A DNA stretch of 64,000 bases from positions 10,661 to 74,660 of IMG/VR virus record IMGVR_UViG_3300044580_000126. One strand, 5' to 3'. The position numbers and the translations under genes were made by a program. The notes under the pieces are model-generated. The model was not told the origin of the DNA. It was given only the letters and a program-made list of their open reading frames with translations, and did no database searches. Positions within the stretch are counted from its first letter, which is position 1, and every line of letters starts with the position of its first letter. Below are positions 58,786 through 64,000 of this stretch, piece by piece. Source of the DNA: a virus.

Positions 58786-58803
58786 TTAATATTAACTTGA
58801 TGG
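58786..58803 (-). promoter_or_regulatory. Palindrome-family site at the TATA position of the tRNA pair
   Basis: TTAATATTAACTTGATGG, identical to 62147-62164; core lies 21-30 nt upstream of tRNA-Leu. Confidence 0.6.
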
Positions 58804-59118
58804 TAGCTCTATGATTGTAAGCTTTGCCCCATCCTTTAAGATTTCTATCTCATCAAAAAATTTACTATAGACTATTTTTCCATTCTCCTTAACTATGACA
58901 TCAAACATATAGGTCAACTCCAGCTATGGATATTATTCTTATCTATATAAGGGTATCGGAAAATGGATAACAACCTATACGTAAGATATTTGATATAACA
59001 GTAGATATCAGTTTATATATTATAAAGGGATAATAATAGGATAACACTTTATACAGTAGATATACTATTATACCATTTTCTCATCATCAAGCCATAGACT
59101 TGAATTTTATAATGATGA

Positions 59119-59850
59119 TTAGATTGTGATGGGTATGGGTTGTGATTGTGATTGTGATGCATTGATGATTGTATAATTGTGTTTTTTCATGATCATCATA
59201 TATGCTTCTACTAGTTGGTGCGAGTGTGATGTTTTTAGTTGTTGTTTTGTGATGTGATGCTCTGCCATGACTGTGACCAGATGGGCATATACACTGTTCT
59301 TCATTGCCCCATGATACTTTTCGTTTACTTGTGATTGACAATTCCATTGTGATGCTTTGTAATAATCACAGAATCCTCCATAACTCGTATCGAGATAGTG
59401 AAACTCACAGTCACCGATCACAGCCCTTATGTCGTATTTTTTTATCATCGTTGTGACTTGTGATGTTATGGATGTCTGTGTTGGATATCCATTGTAGATT
59501 CTCACATACTTATGCCATTGGTGTGATTCATCACAATAATACATCGTTAATAATTTCCATCCACACGCCCTTGTGTGTTTTGTGATTCTGTGAGCTGTGA
59601 TATCGGACAAGTCAATCCATAAGGTATATCTATCATCGTCATAATCCCATATGGGGAGTGTGACATTCTGGTATTGCTGTGATTCTTGTGATCGTATACG
59701 AAGGTATAGCTGTCTTTCGGTGTATAGGTTATTTTTCTTCATATATCGCCATGCTGTTGTGATGCTCACACCAGATTGTGATGCCATCTCACGCAGTGTG
59801 ATAGAGTCGGTAGCTCCTCGTATTACGTGTGTACTATTATTTTTTGTCAT
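59119..59850 (-). CDS. HTH plus DDE (rve/IS481-like) integrase/transposase-fold protein
   Basis: HTH ITLREMASQSGVSITTAWRY; candidate D-D-E in LWIDLS, VIGDCEF, VNEKYHGAMK. Confidence 0.6.
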   Translation of the reverse strand: MTKNNSTHVIRGATDSITLREMASQSGVSITTAWRYMKKNNLYTERQLYLRIRSQESQQYQNVTLPIWDYDDDRYTLWIDLSDITAHRITKHTRACGWKLLTMYYCDESHQWHKYVRIYNGYPTQTSITSQVTTMIKKYDIRAVIGDCEFHYLDTSYGGFCDYYKASQWNCQSQVNEKYHGAMKNSVYAHLVTVMAEHHITKQQLKTSHSHQLVEAYMMIMKKHNYTIINASQSQSQPIPITI

Positions 59851-59948
59851 ACTAATACTATATATTGTGATTAGAATATATACGCTATCATCACATTATC
59901 ATTGTTTTTGTGTGATTGTTGTGATAACTTGATGATAAATAATGTGAT
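59125..59948 (+). repeat. Dense array of TGTGAT hexamers
   Basis: About 22 direct and 4 inverted exact copies counted by eye in ~825 bp, including a tandem triple at 59141-59158. Confidence 0.9.
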
Positions 59949-59996
59949 ATGAAAATCACTTATAAGAAATTTTCATCATAAACTATATATATACTA

Positions 59997-60473
59997 ATGG
60001 TCACAGGGATGAATAGGAGAACCACCATGTCGAAAAAAGAAACAATTCAACAAGAGAGAAATGAAGAAAATACCAGTATTTTTTCTGGGGAACATAATAA
60101 AATATGGGCGGAAAATGTGATTAGAGATCACGCCGAAGAAATAGCCGCCGCAATAGTCGAAACCCCTCCAGACATGAAAAGGGAGATATGGATGCGTAAC
60201 GGAAAAATGACAATCGGTGAACCGATAGCACTCTCGTCATGGACTGCATCACCATACATCATGGGTCATGTTGTGGGCATGAGTCCATATGCCACAGAAG
60301 GGTATACGAGATGCCAAAAATGTGGACATGACGTGTGGGAAAGTGAAAAAAACCAGCATACATGCGGAGATGCAAAGCAAGCAATAGCGACATGGAATAG
60401 CCTAATAGATTGCATAGAGAATTGTATCATTGATGCACCCTTAGAATGGGTTATAGTGTATGGGAGGGATTAG
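59997..60473 (+). CDS. Hypothetical early protein (probable start ATG 60027)
   Basis: AGGAG RBS; CQKC...HTC; upstream TATA-like AAACTATATATA. Confidence 0.65.
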   Translation: MVTGMNRRTTMSKKETIQQERNEENTSIFSGEHNKIWAENVIRDHAEEIAAAIVETPPDMKREIWMRNGKMTIGEPIALSSWTASPYIMGHVVGMSPYATEGYTRCQKCGHDVWESEKNQHTCGDAKQAIATWNSLIDCIENCIIDAPLEWVIVYGRD

Positions 60474-60646
60474 AACATGGAAATTGATAAAGCAAAAGTA
60501 GATGCCGCAATCCAAAGTTTTCGTGAGGTCAATGCTCAACTACAAGCTTTAGAGTTAGCTCGATTAAAAAATAATAGATTGGTTTGTTCACTCAATACGA
60601 ATGAGTTTCTGGAATACGCATATAAAACTTCAGGAGGAGAATAACC

Positions 60647-60859
60647 ATGGCTAAGATAAAATCCATCTGTATTGAGTGCACTAGCTGTTCAGATTTTATC
60701 TATATAGAAGGGCAATACGTGAAGAGTGTTTTTGTGCCTTCAAAATCTATCCCATTGTGTGAGTGTGGCAACGACACGTTCGAACAAAAAAAGAGTAATG
60801 GAGATGTTGCAAACACATTCTATGCTACAAACCCATTACAAACTATATGTCGTGATTGA
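60647..60859 (+). CDS. Small Zn-ribbon protein
   Basis: CTSC and CECG; GGAGGAG RBS. Confidence 0.6.
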   Translation: MAKIKSICIECTSCSDFIYIEGQYVKSVFVPSKSIPLCECGNDTFEQKKSNGDVANTFYATNPLQTICRD

Positions 60860-60928
60860 ATGGGTCTTTTATCCCATATCCTTTTTATATGGATAATTTA
60901 TGTTATACCATATAGGAGAAATTCATTA

Positions 60929-60964
60929 TCTGGAGGAATAATTTACTCTGGAGGAATAATTTAC
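60929..60964 (+). repeat. Exact 18-bp tandem duplication
   Basis: TCTGGAGGAATAATTTAC twice, intergenic. Confidence 0.85.
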
Positions 60965-61111
60965 TATATATTATATATCCTATATGTTGCTTACTTCTCT
61001 TACTTAAAGGCGCAATCATTAGGTCGATATTATTAAATCGTATATATTTCAGTCCGTAATATTGGTTTATATAATCCATACATCCGTTACTGTTACTTAA
61101 GTGAGATTAAA

Positions 61112-61456
61112 ATGGCTACAAGTGAGATATATATCAAAGCAACTAAAGTGGTTGATAAGTTTCAGCGAATGTATGAAATTACAGAAATAAATGCACCAGA
61201 TATCGGGAAAGCACATCCTAAATCAAATCTATATAGTTCAGATAACAATACATGTTTAATTGTTCGAAATAACGAAGCAGGGTTAATAAAAGTATGTGTT
61301 AATGTTGGAGATGTTATTCCTCCAGAACAATTCAATACTATTAAAGAAGAAATAAAAAAAGCTATTGAGCATGATAAAAAAATAATTGAGCTTGAACATT
61401 TAGACTCATGGTTTGGAGAATCAGTAATTTGTTTTGGAGGTATTTTAAATGAGTGA
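61112..61456 (+). CDS. Hypothetical protein
   Basis: ORF with upstream TATA-like GGTTTATATA. Confidence 0.6.
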   Translation: MATSEIYIKATKVVDKFQRMYEITEINAPDIGKAHPKSNLYSSDNNTCLIVRNNEAGLIKVCVNVGDVIPPEQFNTIKEEIKKAIEHDKKIIELEHLDSWFGESVICFGGILNE

Positions 61457-61697
61457 GATAAAAATTGAAGACGTGATAAATGCGGTATTAAGATTTGGTG
61501 ATGACTCTAGTTTACCAGAATTTAAGAAGGTTTTTGGTAACTTAATGGGAGAGCACTTATACGGGAAATATGTTCACAACTATAATACAAATATTGTTTA
61601 TCTCTGGGCATCATTAGATTTAAACAACAGGCGGCTAATGTGCTCTGCAATCAATAACTATATTGCAACAAAAAAATTTAATGAGCATTTTTGGTGA
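61449..61697 (+). CDS. Hypothetical protein
   Basis: GGAGGT RBS. Confidence 0.65.
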   Translation: MSEIKIEDVINAVLRFGDDSSLPEFKKVFGNLMGEHLYGKYVHNYNTNIVYLWASLDLNNRRLMCSAINNYIATKKFNEHFW

Positions 61698-61872
61698 TCA
61701 TCTATGGTAATTTTTACTAAGCGTCACTTTAATGCCTTCGCAAAAATTGTTAAAGAAATTAATCATCGAGAAACTAAATTAAAGGTCAATCAAACCTTAG
61801 TTGCAATGTTTAAAGCGGATAATCCACGCTTCGATATAAAAAAATGGAATAACGCAATAGGAGAGTAATAAA

Positions 61873-62109
61873 ATGCAAACTATTAAGAACATAATGAAGT
61901 TTATCGAAAGTGAGATTGACGGAAATTATAGATTAAAGGCAAAAGTATTTTCCATTAGTGCGAGTCCAAATAAAAATATAATTATCGTTAGGTCAAGACG
62001 GCTTAATGGGTATGAAATTTTTTTACTGAGTCGCTATTCGGTATTTTGGGATTGCAAGGAGTTTATTGCTGATATAGTAGACTTTAGAATAAAGCCGTAT
62101 TATCATTAG
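61873..62109 (+). CDS. Hypothetical protein
   Basis: AGGAG RBS. Confidence 0.55.
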   Translation: MQTIKNIMKFIESEIDGNYRLKAKVFSISASPNKNIIIVRSRRLNGYEIFLLSRYSVFWDCKEFIADIVDFRIKPYYH

Positions 62110-62164
62110 ATTAATATTAACTTTATGAAACTGTGTAGTGACGTGTTTAATATTAACTTGATGG
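62103..62164. repeat. Two copies of the 26-bp palindrome; inverted copy of 5855-5908
   Basis: TTAATATTAACTTTATGAAACTGTGTAGTGACGTGTTTAATATTAACTTGATGG. Confidence 0.9.
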
Positions 62165-62402
62165 TGACCACCATGCTGTATTGCGTTTGGATTCACACAT
62201 GCAGTTATCACAAAAATCATATTTGCACTTCTAAATTTAAGTGCGCTTATAAGATTAAAGGCAAACAAAAAGCATTAAAAAAATACGTTAAGGAATTGAA
62301 TAAAGCAAAACGGGGAAAAAATGTATGTTTTGTTAGAAATTTTTATGGTAATAAAAATAATGTAAGAATTAAAAAAGAGGTAAACAAAAAATGGTGATCT
62401 AA

Positions 62403-62714
62403 ATGGTAACACTTGAACAACTAAAAGAAACAATACCGCATGGATCAGGGATTGATTGCGATTGGGCATTTGAAGAGAAAGGTAATTTCATATATGCGTA
62501 TAACTCATATCATTGCATGAATGAATTTGGTTATTATGATGGGTATTGTAATTTTGAGTTAAAAATACCTAAGAATAGTCCAATAGATTTTAAGTTAAGA
62601 TTCGTTAATAACGATGGCTATTCGTGGTATAGAATCAAAAAATATATGCTTAGAGATTATCTGGATGGTTTATTTGCAGATTATTTTAATGAAATTGGTG
62701 ACAAAAATGAATGA
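62403..62714 (+). CDS. Hypothetical viral protein
   Basis: IPHGSGIDCDW...SYHCMNEFGYYDGY; GGTGAT RBS. Confidence 0.7.
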   Translation: MVTLEQLKETIPHGSGIDCDWAFEEKGNFIYAYNSYHCMNEFGYYDGYCNFELKIPKNSPIDFKLRFVNNDGYSWYRIKKYMLRDYLDGLFADYFNEIGDKNE

Positions 62715-62791
62715 ATTAGTTAATGAGTTAGATAAAATAATAAAATTGGTCGATAAAATTAATAATGATTTTAAAGAATTGAAGTCACTAT

Positions 62792-63049
62792 TTGGTGATT
62801 AAAATGGTGGGAAATATAATGCGAACAATAGAAGTTAACGATAAACCAGTAAAATTACAAGTTGTTGGAAAATCTATTGATAAGAAATTAACAATTAAAA
62901 TAGGAGAAAATGGATGGGTTTCAGTTAGGTTTATTAATACATCTGGATTGATAAACGATACAACCGTTTATTTATCATTAACGCATGTTATGTTTTTTAA
63001 AGATGGAAAACTAATTAAGAGTAAGGAAATATCAGTATTGGAGGATTAA
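62792..63049 (+). CDS. Hypothetical protein
   Basis: GGTGAT RBS. Confidence 0.55.
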   Translation: MVIKMVGNIMRTIEVNDKPVKLQVVGKSIDKKLTIKIGENGWVSVRFINTSGLINDTTVYLSLTHVMFFKDGKLIKSKEISVLED

Positions 63050-63052
63050 ATA

Positions 63053-63943
63053 ATGAGTGATCAATTAATACACCTGTTAGTTGAATCGGAATCTGCAATT
63101 GCAACATTAAAAGCGGAGTCAATTCCAATAAAAGCAAAAATCGATCCTTTTAAATATAATAAGACTGAGAGAAAAATAATATCTCTGTTGGTGGAAAATA
63201 CAGGATGTCACATACTTGATAGTGGGGGCGCATATGGGAGGCATTTCGAGAGAAACAGAGGTATTGAGAATTGGAATAAAACACCAATAATTAATGCATC
63301 TGTAAGTGATATGAATGGAATCCATATCGAAGCCATTTTAAATATTTATCATTATTTAAAGGACTATCTTGAATATGATTCGAATCTCGATAAAGAGTAT
63401 AAACAATTTGAGAAAAAGCTTAATGATTCTGGAGAGGATTTAAGCAATCTCCAAATAATGGAGAAATTTATTAAAGATAAACATTATGAAAATGAGTATG
63501 TTGGATCAGCACCGTTTAACACATGCAATCAAGACACCATATTGTCACAGGATATTCAGGGAATAATGGGAGAGAAGAACGGCAGAGATTTTGTATTATT
63601 GCAAATACATAACGGATGTGACATTAGAGGTGGATATACGAATCCAGTACCATTTTATTGTGATCCAGATGGTTTGTTATGCAAAATTACTGATTTAACA
63701 ATAAGTTGCAAATGTGGAATGTTCGATAGTGATGATTGTGGATATCATTGGTATGAGGGATGGATAAACGAAGATAAAAAACAAACGACTCTTGATGGAA
63801 ACAATCCAAAACTATTGCATTGCAAAAGAGATAATCCGTTTCCTAGGGAATGGGTTATAGAAGATGATAAATTTATTTGTAAGGTTTGTGGTGAACAGAT
63901 AACAATGTTTGGAGAAACAATAAAGGTGGATCGTTACATATGA
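63053..63943 (+). CDS. Hypothetical viral protein
   Basis: ENTGCHILDSGGAYGRHFERN, LQIHNGCDIRGGYT; C-terminal CKVC; GGAGG RBS. Confidence 0.75.
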   Translation: MSDQLIHLLVESESAIATLKAESIPIKAKIDPFKYNKTERKIISLLVENTGCHILDSGGAYGRHFERNRGIENWNKTPIINASVSDMNGIHIEAILNIYHYLKDYLEYDSNLDKEYKQFEKKLNDSGEDLSNLQIMEKFIKDKHYENEYVGSAPFNTCNQDTILSQDIQGIMGEKNGRDFVLLQIHNGCDIRGGYTNPVPFYCDPDGLLCKITDLTISCKCGMFDSDDCGYHWYEGWINEDKKQTTLDGNNPKLLHCKRDNPFPREWVIEDDKFICKVCGEQITMFGETIKVDRYI

Positions 63944-64000
63944 GAGATTATAAAAATGAAAATGCTATTGCATTAAACATAATGAAAGCGGAGATGCAAA

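Noticed and set aside
58546..58800. 84-aa ORF on the + strand
   Set aside because: It is the antisense of the two tRNA genes.
59087..59932. Autonomous IS element around the DDE ORF; overlapping ORFs 59087..59347 and 59651..59932
   Set aside because: No terminal inverted repeats or target duplication found. The overlapping ORFs are low-complexity by-products of the TGTGAT array.

Overview
AT-rich window from a tailed dsDNA virus (siphovirus-like) of an archaeal host. The host assignment rests on an archaeal RadA, an XPF/ERCC4 nuclease, an archaeal-type PolB, GGTGAT/GGAGG ribosome-binding sites and TATA-like promoters. Left to right: thyX and small Cys-rich ORFs; a replication/recombination block (ERCC4 nuclease, DHH nuclease, RadA with intein, OB-fold protein, ParB-like protein, PolB); a trypsin-like protease, portal and metallophosphoesterase; a ~15 kb glycan/radical-SAM cluster carrying five inteins; virion genes (giant 14-aa-repeat protein, prohead protease, HK97-type MCP, neck, tail tube, frameshifting chaperone, tape measure, tail tip); minus-strand terminase genes and two tRNAs; an HTH-DDE gene saturated with TGTGAT repeats; and small putative early genes. 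The top finding is a 33-nt stop-containing intron with a canonical bulge-helix-bulge (BHB) motif inside the DHH nuclease gene (6621-6653). Its removal by canonical archaeal tRNA-splicing-endonuclease cuts exactly rebuilds the catalytic HDDADG motif, making it a candidate viral mRNA intron. Other highlights: the TGTGAT array, a 54-bp long-range inverted repeat built from a recurring 26-bp palindrome, a four-intein glycosyltransferase (one intein ends in Arg), and a candidate structured ncRNA. All protein calls come from motifs read by eye; no database search was run.
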